In this document: positions 37,539 to 49,812 of the stretch, piece by piece | Layout of the letters: every line of letters begins with the position of its first letter | Position numbering within the stretch: position 1 is the stretch's first letter | NCBI GenBank assembly: GCA_038087875.1 | Contig: CM075989.1 | Location: 8,806,001 to 8,870,000 of the forward strand | Direction: 5' to 3' | Source: Malacoraja senta | Taxonomy: Eukaryota | DNA: 64,000 nt | Made by a program: the position numbers and the translations under genes | The notes under the pieces: model-generated | The model's database searches: none | The model's input: the letters and a program-made list of their open reading frames with translations, nothing else | What the model was told of the DNA's origin: nothing

Positions 37539-37847
37539 GAGCGGCACAGTGGCGCAGCTGGCAGAGCTTTTGCCTTACATCGCCAGGGACCCAGGTTCGA
37601 TTCTGACCTCAGGTGCTGTCTGTGTGAAGTTTGCATGTCTTCCCTGTGACCGCGTGGGTTTCCTTTGGGCACTCCAGTTTCCTATCACATCCCAATGATG
37701 TGCAGGTTTATTGGTTGATGTGTCCCTGGTGTGTAGTGAGTGGATGAGAAAGGGGGATAATGTAGAACTGGTGTGACCAGGTTGCAGTGGACTGTGTGGG
37801 TTGGTGAGCCTGTTTCCACACTGTATCTCTCAACAAAACTAAACTAA
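37539..37847 (+). mobile_element. HE1/V-SINE-type SINE (divergent subfamily)
   Basis: Head, V core and (CTAAA)n tail. Confidence 0.75.
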
Positions 37848-38242
37848 GCTTATTCTAACCCAATGAACGTAGAAGAGGGAGAGGTGTTTGCCTAATTTTA
37901 CTTCGGAGTCACATGAGTGACTACGTGAAGAACCCGCTCAGTGCGCAGGCGCGGCATTACGCCAGCAGTGCAACAGCGGCGGCAGCTAGAGTTAGGCTCT
38001 CCGGCTGCAGTTTAAACAACGGACCGTTAGGTAAGTGTACTGAAGTAGAGGAAGATCTAACGGAGAAGGAGAGTTGTTGTGTGGTGTGTTCTTTACAAAA
38101 ATGAGTACACTCAGGAAAAGACTCTCGAAGAGAACTGCCCCCAGCTCAACTCCACCAGAGGAGCGTTCAATCTCAGGGGGGCAGCAACAGGCGGCAGGAC
38201 CGCTCCGCTATCCCCGAGACCGAGCCAAGCCCAGTCCCGCTA

Positions 38243-39199
38243 ATGCCTGAACAGCGGACAGGGAGAAAATCCACTAGAAAAACTAACCGGCCGGTAATTT
38301 CCGATTCGTCGGATGGGGACATGTCTCCACCTAAACGGAGGAGAGACAGCTGCCTGAGCTTACAACAGCTCTTGGAGCAGATGCTCCAGCGGGATACGCA
38401 GAAAGAGCGTTCTCGCGGAGGAAGGTCAGGCACCTCCTCCACAGTGTCTTGTGCACTGCCCTCTGCTCCCTCATTACTGGAGGCTAGCATTGGTGACCAG
38501 GGTTGGGCTGGTCTGGAACAGGGGCTGGCGGACGAGTTCGGGAGTATGCAAGGGGTGCAGGAGCAGGAAGAGCTGCTGGGTGTGGTGGACCGCTATGTAG
38601 CAACCCCACGTGCTGGAAGACCGCTGGAACCGAAAATGGCGGCCAGCATCAATCATCTTTCAAATAAGCCCTTGCAGGAGAAGGTGCTTATTGAGGCGCT
38701 AGAACTCTACACAGCACCAGAGAACTGTGAGGCCCTCAGAGTCAAGAGTGTGAACAGCCAGATCTGGGGGCACGTGGGGTCACACATTCGTCAATTTGAG
38801 ATCAATAATCTCCGGCGGGAAAACATAAGACCTGCCCTCAATCCCAAATTTGCTGGGTTGTGCAGAGCCCCAGCTGCAGAAACGGATGCTCTATTATTTG
38901 GGAAAGACCTCAACCAGAAACTGAGGGACATGGAGGAAGCAGCGAAAACTTTCGGCCTCATGAGGGCAGGCCCCGGGACGAGCAAACCAAGACCTACAAT
39001 ACCCAAGCGGCAGCACCCCATGGCATCCACCAGTCGACGTCCTCAATATGGGACTGGTGAAAGCTCGGGGACCGCATTTTATCCCCAAAGATCTTTTTTA
39101 GATCAGGGCCCATGGAAAATGCGCCACCCCCCAACATTGCCAGCAGGGCCGACAAGCAAAGCCTACAAGAACATGAGGAAACAAAAGAAATGCCAATAA
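38243..39199 (+). pseudogene. DIRS ORF1 (gag-like)
   Basis: 318-aa ORF in the ORF1 position with PENC...VNSQIW...RRENIRPALN...LLFG blocks; a possible original start at 38101 lies in another frame. Confidence 0.7.
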
Positions 39200-41136
39200 C
39201 CATGGAGGTAGGTGGGTCTGGTTCCTGCCAGCATATAGAGAATAAGGGTGCTTTACTAACAGGGGGGAGATTACACTTGTTTAAAGAAGCATGGGGTACT
39301 GTCATGAGTGACAAGTATATACTCAACAGCATTAGTGGATATAAAATTCAGTTCATGTCAGAACAATCGCCGCCAGTTCAGCATTGGCCCCAAAGGGTAT
39401 TTTCTCCCTCCGTCAAAGAGAAACGTGAGGGAATAGCTGAACTGGTGAGATTTATCACAAAGGGGGTCATCGAAAAGACCAAACATGAACCTTTGGAATT
39501 TGTATCAAATATATTCACTAAAACCAAAAAAGATGGTGGATGTCGCATCATCATTGACTTAACATCACTAAATAAGTTTGTTAAGTATATACATTTCAAA
39601 ATGGAGACAGTTGTTACTGCCAAACAACTGATTTCCAAAGGATACTTCATGGCAAGCATTGATCTTAAAGATGCTTACTATCTAATACCCACACACAAGG
39701 ATCATTGCAGATACCTGAAATTTATCTGGTTGGGGCAGCTGTGGCAGTACAAAGCATTGCCCAATGGGCTAACTTCAGCCCCAAGATTATTCACCAATAT
39801 ATTGAAAATAGCCATGGCAATACTAAGAAAACAAAAACATATTGTCATGGCATACCTGGATGATATTCTGATAGTAGGGAAAACGATGGAATTGGCTGTG
39901 GCAGCAGTATCAGCTACAAAACAGCTCCTCGAAACTCTGGGGTTCGTCCTACATCCAGATAAATCTAAGTTGAAGCCATCCACTATCATGGACTACCTGG
40001 GCTTCACAATTAACTCAGTCCATATGACTGTTACCTTGCCAAAGGAAAAAATGGTAGCATTAGCACAATCATGCAACAATTTAATGGTCAACAAATGACC
40101 AACTATTCGACAAGTAGCAAGAGTGATTGGGAAAATGGTAGCAGCATTTCCGGCTACACAATTCGGACCTTTGCACTATCAAAATTTACAAAGAGCAAAG
40201 GTACAGGCACTAAAACGACATACAGGTCACTATGATCGTGTCATGAACTTACCCACTGAAGCAATATTAGAGCTACAGTGGTGGGCAGAAAATGTTTGGC
40301 ATAGTTTCAGCTCTATCATCATCACTAACCCTACTTTAGTTCTTCAAACAGATGCTAGTGCTCAAGGCTGGGGAGCAACTAACTCCATATCGAGCACAGG
40401 TGGTAGATGGACTAACCTAGAGTCATCATTACTACTGACACTGGGCATTAACTATCTACAGATGTTGGGCCCCTTTTATGGTTTAAAAGCATATGTATCT
40501 AATATGCAGCACTTGCATGTTCGGTTACAGATTGATAATACTACGGTGGTGGCTTATATTAACCATATGGGCGGCATAAAATCATTATCATGCGACAAAT
40601 TGGTCAACGTGATTTGGCAATGGTGTGTCGAAAGACATATTTAGCTATCAGCTACTTATCTACCAGGTAAGCTAAACACAGTGGCAGACACCAGGTCACG
40701 CAAATTCAATGATAACATCGAATGGATGTTAAACCCTAAAGTATTTGCTAAAGTTATTAATCAGTATGGAACGCCAGATATCGATTTTTTTGCATCACGA
40801 CTAAATCACCAGTTACCTATGTATGTCGCTTGGGAACCAGACCCAGAGGCAGCAGCGGTAGATGCCTTTACGCTGGATTGGGGAAATTTCTTCTTCTATG
40901 CTTTCCCTCCCTTCTGCCTCATCAGTCGGGTACTTCGCAAAATACAGATGGACTCTGCTTCTGGAATTTTGATGGTGCCCGACTGGCCTACACAGCCATG
41001 GTTCCCGGTTCTGCATGACATGGTGGTTGAGTCACCAATGGTCTTTCCTAGTGATCCAGGATTATTAACTCACCCAGTATCAGGCATAAGCCACCCATGC
41101 CATGAGAAAATTAAACTCCTGGGTTGCAGGTTTTGA
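39112..41136 (+). pseudogene. DIRS ORF2: reverse transcriptase, RNase H and adenine-methyltransferase-like domain, with two in-frame stops
   Basis: The ORFs starting at 39112, 40123 and 40681 share one frame; RT motifs IDLKDAY, LPNGLTSAP, YLDD; RNase H motifs TDAS, IDN, NTVAD; MT-like motifs DIDFFAS, YAFPPF; stops TGA 40096-40098 and TAG 40642-40644. Confidence 0.92.
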
Positions 41137-42107
41137 ATAGACCTTACCTGGAACTGGGATTGTCCGAACGAACCATCACCACCATGTCGGCATCCCTTCG
41201 AACATCCACCAAGAGGCAGTACTTTATCAGCATAAGAAAATGGGAGAAGTACTGCCAGGAAACAGGGACAACGTATGCAACAGCCACAGCCACCAACGTA
41301 CTGGAGTTCCTGGCCCATCTACACCATGATGAAGGGATTAGTTACAGTGCCATCAACACAGCGCGGAGTGCTCTTTCTGCTTATCTCAAACCAGCAGGAC
41401 AACAGGCAATGGGATCCCATCCACTGGTGGTAAAACTGATGAAGAGCATTTATAATATCAAGCCCCCTAAACCCAGGTATACCCATATTTGGGATATCAG
41501 TGTGGTCCTGACATACCTCAGGGAATGGCCACCAGCCAGATCCCTCAGCCTCGAGCAATCTACACTAAAGACGCTCATGTTGATGGCACTGGTATCCGCT
41601 CAGAGGGTCCAGTCACTACACAAGTTAAGGCTGGACAACATGGTGACCACCCCAGATCAGATCACATTCATCATACAGGGTCTGGTGAAGCAAAGCAGGC
41701 CAGGAACAGCTAATCCACTGGTGGTATTCCGGGCCTACCCACAAGAGCCACGGTTGTGTGTCGTGACCCATCTACAACATTACATAGACACAACCCACAA
41801 TATCAGAGGGTGTGAAAAAGCCTTATGGGTCAGCCACAAGTAACCTCATGGCCGGGTAACGAGCCAAACCATTTCAAGATGGCTCAAACAGGTACTGAAG
41901 GCTGCTGGAATAGATACTAATACAGTTAAATCTCATTCCACTAGGGCAGCATCGACATCAACGGCTGAGAGAATGTACGTACCGGTTGACCATATTCTGA
42001 ATACAGCAGGATGGTCGAGGGAAACGACATTCAGAACTTTTTATAATAAGCCGTTGATGAAACCTGATTTATTTGCAGAGAAAATATTACAAGCTGCAAA
42101 TATTTAA
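41124..42107 (+). pseudogene. DIRS ORF3: tyrosine recombinase, with one in-frame stop
   Basis: SAQRVQ (catalytic R); past TAA 41841-41843 the frame continues ...KSHSTRAAS...AGWS...FYNKP... to TAA 42105-42107. Confidence 0.92.
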
Positions 42108-42275
42108 TTTAAGCCCGGGGGAGCACTTTAATTTTTGTTATTGTTAATAAATACCTTTGTTGTTTCTTGAAAAACAGATTAATTGGTTGATTACGATAAC
42201 ACTTCCTCCCTCAAGAACTTCGGCAGTGAGTGAAATAAAACTGTTACACGGTTTGAAATCACAGAGCTTTGAAGT

Positions 42276-42387
42276 CTTCACGTTGTCACTCACGTGACTC
42301 CGAAGTAAAATAGTAAGATTAAACGAGAACTTACCAGTTTGAAGTTTGATCTGTATTTTATGAGGAGTTACGATGAGGGATTACGTG
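42276..42387. repeat. DIRS internal complementary region (ICR)
   Basis: 42276-42310 is the reverse complement of 37896-37930 (33/35); 42307-42387 is the reverse complement of 42536-42616 (81/81). Confidence 0.95.
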
Positions 42388-43124
42388 CCCTCCGCTCCCA
42401 CCCTCATTATATGGATCAAACTAATAAATTGATGTCTCTTTTTCTTTACTATGTTTACTTCAAATACCTGTGTCTATCTGTGATTCCACACCGCTGCTTG
42501 GAAGTATGCCGCGCCTGCGCACTGAGCGGGTTCTTCACGTAATCCCTCATCGTAACTCCTCATAAAATACAGATCAAACTTCAAACTGGTAAGTTCTCGT
42601 TTAATCTTACTATTTTCACTCATCCCCTGAAGCTCTGAGCATTCCCCTTGACCTTGCTGACGCCCCCTCATGCTTCTTCCCTCCCACCCCCCTGTCAAAC
42701 ACCTGAGCATCTCTGAAACCATTGCCTCCCCCTTTGCCTTTAATAGCTGCTGCTGGCTGGAGGAAATCCTTTGTGTGGTCAGCGCACTGATTGTCTTTCG
42801 ACACATGCAGTCGGCAGCATTGATGACACTGGAGCTCGAACGGAAACCCACGGCACCAATTGAGGCCATCCAGCCCATCCAGCCTTTGCCAGCTCTTCAA
42901 AAGAGCTATCCAAATAGAGAAGCCAGGGGCAGATGAAGGCCATTCAGTCTTGTTCTGAAACCGTTCTGTCATTCGACACAGTTGATCTATTTGAATATTC
43001 CCACCTCTCCCAATGCTCACCAATACGCTTTCTGTCTGGGAATCTTTTTAGTCAAGTCAAGAGAGTTTATTGTCATGTGTCCCAGATAGGACAATGAAAT
43101 TCTTGCTCGCTCATTTTTTTTAGC

Positions 43125-43408
43125 CACACAGCATGGAAACAGGCCCTTCGGCCCATCAAGTCCACAGCGACCAGCAATCCCTGCACACTAGCACTATCCT
43201 ACACACACTAGGGACAATTTACAATTCCGCCAAGCCAATTAACCCATAAACCTGTACGTCTTTGGAATGTGGGAGGAAACCGGAGATCCCGGAGAAAACC
43301 CACGCAGGTCATGGGGAGAACGTACAAACTCCACACAGACAGCACCCGTAGTCAGGATCGAACCCGGGTCTCTGGCGCTGTGAGGCAGCAACTTTACCGC
43401 TGCGCCAA
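43125..43408 (-). mobile_element. HE1/V-SINE-type SINE
   Basis: Well-preserved reverse copy. Confidence 0.85.
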
Positions 43409-43836
43409 CGTGCTTCTTAACTATATTCTGTGACTTCCATATTTCCTTGCAACATAGAAGGAGGCTAATTTGGCCCATCAAGATCATGCTAGCTCACAAA
43501 GTAATCCCATTCCCTGAATACTTTCCCCTGTATTCTATTCTCCCCTTTTCTCATCAACTCACCGAGATTCTACTGGTAATTCCACGTGGTCATAGGGAGA
43601 GGATGTGATCTCCACACAAACAGCACCCGAGGTCAGAATTGGACCCTGGATCACTGGAGCTGTGACGCAACATCGCTACTGACTGCACCATCATACTATC
43701 CTCAGTCCCTGTTACTATCCCCAAAGAAGGCATCTTATTCTTTTTTTTAATACCTGATTTGCCAGAAGTGGAATTTTTAACAAAGGGGGCAGACATTTTT
43801 TTAGTTTAGTTTAGTTTATAGACAATAGACAATAGA

Positions 43837-44036
43837 NNNNNNNNNNNNNNNNNNNNNNNNNNNNNNNNNNNNNNNNNNNNNNNNNNNNNNNNNNNNNNNN
43901 NNNNNNNNNNNNNNNNNNNNNNNNNNNNNNNNNNNNNNNNNNNNNNNNNNNNNNNNNNNNNNNNNNNNNNNNNNNNNNNNNNNNNNNNNNNNNNNNNNNN
44001 NNNNNNNNNNNNNNNNNNNNNNNNNNNNNNNNNNNN
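43837..44036. other. Assembly gap (200 N)
   Basis: Run of N; the true gap length is unknown. Confidence 1.
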
Positions 44037-44389
44037 TGCTGGTTTTACACCGAAGATAGACACAAAATGCCGGAGTAACTCAGTGGGTCAGGCAGCATCT
44101 CTGGAGAGAAGGAGTCTTTTGTGTCCCTCTGTGAAGGGGCCTTGGTCCATAATGTCCAGTCCATAACACGGCACCTCTGGTAGAGCAGTACTCCCTCAAT
44201 ACTGTCGGTAGCACCTTCCTGGTGCCAACCTTGAGCTCACAGCACTGTGTAGGAGGTGAGAGAATCGGACACTGAACCACACCTCATCTCTTGCAGCAGA
44301 GTCACTGTGTAAGCTTGTGTCCTCCCTCTCACATCTGGAGAGAGATCAGTCTGATTCCATCGCTATTCGGGGAATGAGTGAGAAACAGG

Positions 44390-44640
44390 CCAGAGGGGAG
44401 AGACGAGAAAGGAAGAGAGAGCAAAGGAGAAGGGGGGCGTGAGTGGGGGAGAGAGGAGGAGGAAGAGAGAGAGAGAGAGAGGAAAGGGGAGAGAACAGAG
44501 GAGAGGGGAGCAGAGAGTGGGGTAGAGAACAAAGGAGTGGATGGGAGAGAGAGAGAGAGGAAGGGGGAGAAAACAAAGGAGGAGAGATATGGAAGAGGGC
44601 AGAGAGGAGTGCAGAGAGAGAGGAGAGGAGAGAGAGAGGC
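44390..44640. repeat. Polypurine (GA)-rich tract
   Basis: Low-complexity GA repeats. Confidence 0.85.
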
Positions 44641-45974
44641 TGGGTGAGAAGCAATATGCAGCCAGTGTCAGGACACTGCACAGACACAGGTTTCCTTTCC
44701 CAACTCAACCTTGAGGCATCTCAGCCAGCGGGTCGCACTGGAGAGAGTGCAGAGGAGATTCACCAGGTTGTGTAAGAAAGAACTGCAGATGCTGGTTGAA
44801 ATCAAAGGTAGACACAAAATGCTGAGTAACTCCGCGGGTGAGGCAGCGTTCCTTCTCTCCAGAGATGCTGCCTCACCCGCTGAGTTACTCCAGCAGATTC
44901 ACCAGGTGGTTGCCTGGGTTGAGGGACTGCAGTTATGGGGAGAGGCGGGAGAGGCTGGGGTTGTTTTCCTTGGACCAAAGGAGGCATTGGGGTGAGCTGC
45001 TCTAGGTACATACAAGACGTATTGACAGGCTTGATAGTTGGTGTTTTCTTCCCATGATAGGGGTGTCAAAAACAAGGGGGCAAGAGAGTTTCAGATGAGA
45101 GGGAGAAGTTTTAACGGGACTTGAGGGTGCGTTTCATTACGGAGCCAGGTTGATATCTGGAACGCACTTCCAGAGTTGTTGGAATCAGATACATTTTAAG
45201 AGGTATTTAAACAGGCACTTGTAGAATGAAGGCTTGGAAGGATATGGATGTAATGCAGGAAGAAGGGATTAGTGCAGACTGGCAAAAAAGTCGAGGCGGG
45301 CAGAAAACAAAACCATGTCGGAGAAGCTCAGCAGGTCAGGCAGCATTTGTGGTGGGCAAAAGTGCTGGAGAAACTCAGCGGGTGCAGCAGCATCTATGGA
45401 GCAAAGGAAATAGGCAACGTTTCGGGCCGAAACCCTTCTTCAGACTGATGCAGGGTGGGGGGGCAGGAAGAAATAAGGGAGTGGCCGGGAAGCATTTCAG
45501 GTCGGGACCCTTCTTCAGACTGAACCTGATGGGTTCCAAACCCGAAACATCGCCTGTTCTTGTCCCTCCACGGATGCTGCCTGACCCGCTGAGTTCCTCC
45601 AGCAGTTTGGTTTTCACTGACGAATGCAGTATCTGCAGTTAGTTACACGTCTCTGTCTCCATGCTGCAGTGTTCTGTATCACCGGGCAGGTTGAGGGCAG
45701 GTTCAATCACCCTCAGCATTCTCAGCTGGACGAGTGATAATGGTTGAGCGATGGCCCCAGCAGCAGCACAGTGAGTTGCTGTTTGTGGCCTGTCCACTGG
45801 GCGGTGCTGTTGCTCCTTGTGTGCTTGCTGTGGTTATTCTCGACTGCCCTGGAGGGGGCGCCACTCCCCTGCTGTCCCACAGTGGGCAGGATTTTAACCA
45901 CTCACCTCCGGCCAGGCAGATGGTCACCCCCACTGTGGAACCAGCCCCTGGCTGCAAACCGCCTGAGGGTGCCA

Positions 45975-47022
45975 TGGCTGCGGTATGCATCGTGGCCTGG
46001 TCTGGCAACGTGAACGTCCAGGAGCGGAAAAGACTGCCAAATGTTGTAACCACTGCCCAGTCCATCACCGGCTCTGACCTCCCCACCTTCGAAGGGATCT
46101 ATCGTAGTCACTGCCTCAAAAAGGCAGCCAACATCATCAGAGCCTCGCACCATCCTGGCCACACACTCGTCTCACCACTGCCATCGGGAAGAAGGTACAG
46201 GAGCCTGAGAACTGTAACGTCCAGGTTCAGGGACAGCTTCTTCCCTGCAGCCATCAAGTCAAGTCAAGTCATGTTTATTCGTCACATACACATACGAGAT
46301 GTGCAGTGAAATGTAAAGTGGCAACGCTCGTGGACTTTGTGCAAAAAAACAAACAAACTACAAACAGAATGGAACAGAACCACATTCTTTCACATATTAA
46401 ATATTGTGGGCGGAAGGAAAAAGGGAAAAAAACAGCAATTAAAAAAAAACAACCAGTAGAGTGGTAGAGTAAAGTTAGTCCCTGGTGAAATAGGAGTTTA
46501 CAGTCCTAATGGCTTCTGCGAAGAAACTCCTTCTCATCCTCTCCGTTCTCACAGCATGGCCTGACCGTAGCAGCTGGAACAGTCTGTTGCTGGGGTGGAA
46601 GGGGTCTCCCATGATCTTATTGGCCCTGGAGTTGCACCTTCTGATGTATAGTTCCTGCAGAGGGGGCGAGTGAAGTTCCCATGGTGCATTCGGCCGAACG
46701 CACTACTCTCTGCAGAGCCTTGTTGTCCTGGGCAGAGCAGTTCCCAAACCAAATCGTGATATTTCCGGACAAGATGCTTTCCACAGTCGCTGGAGGATCC
46801 TCAGAGACACTCTGAATTTCCTCAATTGCCTGCTATAAAACACTACAACCTCATAAGCTCTGAACTACAATATTATTATTACTATTATTGCACTGCTACT
46901 GTTTGTTCTTTTTTTAATGAGTTTTTGTTATATTATTTATTATGTTTACATATTCTGTTGTGCTGCAGCAAGTAAGAATCTCATTGTTCTATCTGGGACA
47001 TATGACAATAAAACACTCTTGA
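45975..47022 (+). mobile_element. Rex1/Babar-like LINE 3' end containing a second, inverted Rex1/Babar-like 3' end (about 46256-46830)
   Basis: Reads CIVAWSGN...ERKRL...HPGHTLVSPLPSGRRYRSL...RFRDSFFPAAI; the UTR resumes after the insert and ends GACAATAAAACACTCTTGAC. Confidence 0.7.
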
Positions 47023-47152
47023 CCCATGTAGGGGGCTTCCGGGAGAGTCAGGGAGGAGGTACTAGCAAGTGAGAAAGTAAATGAGAGCTGGCGTAGACTC
47101 AGTCAATGGCCTCCTTGAGCACCGTGAGAATACATTCAGGACAACAGGACGT

Positions 47153-47469
47153 ACGGTGGCGCAGCGGTAGAGTTGCTGCCTCAAAGCGCCAGAGACCCGG
47201 GTTCAATCCTGACCACGGGTACTGTCTGTACGGAATTTGTATGTTCTCCCTGCGACCACGTAGGTTTTCTACGGGTGCTCTGGTTTCCTCCCACATCCCA
47301 AACACGTACAGGTTTATAGGTTAATTGGCTTCTGTAAAATTGTAAATTTCCCTCAGTAAGTAGCATAGTGCTGGCATACGGGGTGATTGCTGGTCGGTGG
47401 GGACTCGATGGGCCGAAGGGCCTGTTTCCACACTGTATCTTCAAAGTCTAATGTAAAGTTTAAACTAAA
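47153..47469 (+). mobile_element. HE1/V-SINE-type SINE
   Basis: Full copy. Confidence 0.85.
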
Positions 47470-48896
47470 TGGAGTCTGAAGAAGGGTCTCGATGCGAAAC
47501 GTCACCCATCCTTTTGCTCCAGAGATGCTGCCTGACCTGCTGAGTTACTCCAGCTCTTTGTATCTATCTTTGGTTCCAGCATCTGCAGTTCCTTTCTACA
47601 CAGTAAAGAAAATCATTCTGCCCATCAAGATCCTGATAGCTCTTTTTGGAACGATCAGGCATTTGAGTGTGAGGGGAAGTGGCAGAGAAGAGGCCTGGGG
47701 CAGGACATCCATGATCATTTGGTGGGACAGGCTAGAGGGCCGAGTGGCCTGTTCCTTCTCCTAGCTCCGTGTGTTAGTTGCTCCTGCACATCATGACCCT
47801 GGCTCTGTGTTTCCTGGCACTTTGAGCTGGCAACAGTCTCCCAGTAAAATCACCCCACAATTGCCCATTCCCTGAACCTGTGGCACCGTGGGCAAGACCA
47901 CTGCCCATTGCAATCCTGATTTGCCTGTCAGTGTTTTGAGCCAGTGACAGTGAAGGAACAGCGATATGTTTCCAAGTCAGGTTGGCGAATGGCTTGGATG
48001 GCATCCTCTGGGTGGTGGTGTCCCCGTGACTTTTGCTCCCCTCCTCCTTCTCGCATTTAGACTTCAGAGAAAGTGTGTGGAACAGCGTGCGGAACAGCCC
48101 CTTCGGCCCACCGAGTCGGGGATCGATGGTCGGCGTCGACCTAATGGGCCAAAGGGCCTGTTTCCATGCTGTATAACTAAACTAAACTAACTGTGCACTA
48201 AAACCATGCATCAGTGCAAACCACAATTAGAAAACAAGTCGATGATAGTGCAAGAGGGGTTCTGTAATGTTCTGTTCTTGAGGTCGGCAGGCTTAGGGCT
48301 GTTCAACAACCCGAAGGTTGTAGGAATGTAGCTGTTCTTGAAGCCGGTGGTGTGTGACTTCAGGCTTCTGTACGGTGACTTCCTGGCCAACGGTAGCGGT
48401 GAGAAGAGAGCGTGGCATTCAGCCAAAGGAGATATGTGGTAGAGATGCTGCCTTGCAGCGCCAGGGACACGGGTTCGATCCTGACCATGTGTGCTCTCTG
48501 CACGGAGTTTGTACGTTGGTACGTTGTACGTTGGGGAGGCTGTGGTAAACAGAGTGAGCGGGAGAAGATGAGAAGCTTCTTTCCCCCGTCACTGTGAGAT
48601 GGTTCAGGCTGGTAACACCCGCCCACAACAAGCATTATGGGTTGAAACCTGTTGCCATGGCATTGCTAGGCTGGCTGGTTACATCTGCCCGCCGTAGAAT
48701 TCTTTTAAGCCGACTTATTTCCCATTAAAACTGGAGCACCTGTGCAGATAATTTCATTCGCTTGGCTCATGTGTCAGAGTGCCAGACCCCTCACAGTGTT
48801 TGGTTGTGATTTTCACACAGAGCTGATGATGTGGGGAGAGGGGCAAGGCTGCAATAGTCACACAGACCCAGCCAGTCAGATGTATTTCACAGGGCC

Positions 48897-49350
48897 CAGA
48901 GGAATAGATCGGGTAGATGCACACAGTCTCTATACCTTGGAGAGCAGGAGGATGAGGGGTGATCTTATAGAGAGAGGTGTATAAAAGCATGAGAGGAATA
49001 AACCTGGTAGATGCACAGAATCTCTTGTCCAGAGTAGGTGAATCGAGGACCAGAGGACATAGGTTTAAGGTGAAGGGGAAAAGATTTAATAGGAATCTGA
49101 GGGGTAACTTTTTCACACAAGGGGTGGTGGGTGTATGGAACATGCTGCCAGAGGAGGTAGTTGAAGCAGGGACTATCCCAACGTTTACGAAACAGTTGGA
49201 CAGGTACACAGATAGGACAGGTTTGGAGGGATATGGACCAAACGTGGGCAGGTGGGACTAGTGTAGCTGGGACATTGTTGGCAGGTGTGGGCAAGTTGGG
49301 CTGAAGGGCCTGTTTCCATGCTGTATCACTCTTTGACTATGACTCTAATT
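48897..49350 (+). mobile_element. CR1 3' end
   Basis: ORF 48977..49261 reads SRTRGHRFKV...NFFTQGVVGVWNMLPEEVVEA. Confidence 0.85.
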
Positions 49351-49459
49351 ACGCGGAGCTGGGACAGACTCAATAGGCTGAAGGGCCTGTTTCCATGCTG
49401 TATCACTCTTTGACTATGACTCTAACTACGCGGAGCTGGGACAGACTCAATGGGCTGAA
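49299..49459. repeat. 77-bp tandem duplication
   Basis: Units start at GGCTGAA at 49299 and 49376, with the motif recurring at 49453. Confidence 0.9.
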
Positions 49460-49516
49460 TGGCCTCCCATGATCAGGGGATAGTGAAAGAGGGGAAGACA
49501 ATTTTTTTCCAGAGAT

Positions 49517-49812
49517 TCAGCACGGAAACAGGCCCTTCAGCCCACCGAGCCCGCGCCAACCAGCGATCCCCGCGTACTCTAACACTATCCCACACACTAG
49601 GGACAATGTACGGTTATTTTTATATTCACCAAAGCCAATTAACCTACAAATCTGTAGATCGTTCGAGCGTGGGAGGAAACCAGAGCACCCGGAGAAAACC
49701 CACGTGGTCACGGGGGGAACGTACAAACTCCGTACAGACTGCATCCGTAGTCAGGATCGATCCCGGGTCTCTGCTGCTGTGAGGCAGCAACTCTACCGCT
49801 GCGCCACCGCGC
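49517..49812 (-). mobile_element. HE1/V-SINE-type SINE
   Basis: Reverse copy. Confidence 0.85.

Larger units (their letters stand above)
37896..42616 (+). mobile_element. DIRS1-type tyrosine-recombinase retrotransposon, full-length in structure
   Basis: gag, RT-RNaseH-MT and YR ORFs; ITR 37922-37957 versus 42506-42541; ICR 42276-42387 complementary to both termini; TTTT at both ends and no other target duplication. Confidence 0.95.

Noticed and set aside
37913..38104. Small upstream ORF in the DIRS left end
   Set aside because: Its ATG corresponds to GTG in the ICR copy (CACGTGAG versus CACATGAG), so it is most likely a product of CpG decay.
39112..42107. Prophage, retron or restriction-modification-like cassette (RT, methyltransferase, integrase), or bacterial contamination
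   Set aside because: The domain order and the ITR/ICR structure are those of a DIRS1 retrotransposon, and the flanks carry host SINEs.
47153..47225. tRNA genes at the A/B-box motifs (this and similar sites)
   Set aside because: Each is the head of a SINE and continues into the V or CORE domain and tail; no complete cloverleaf is evident.
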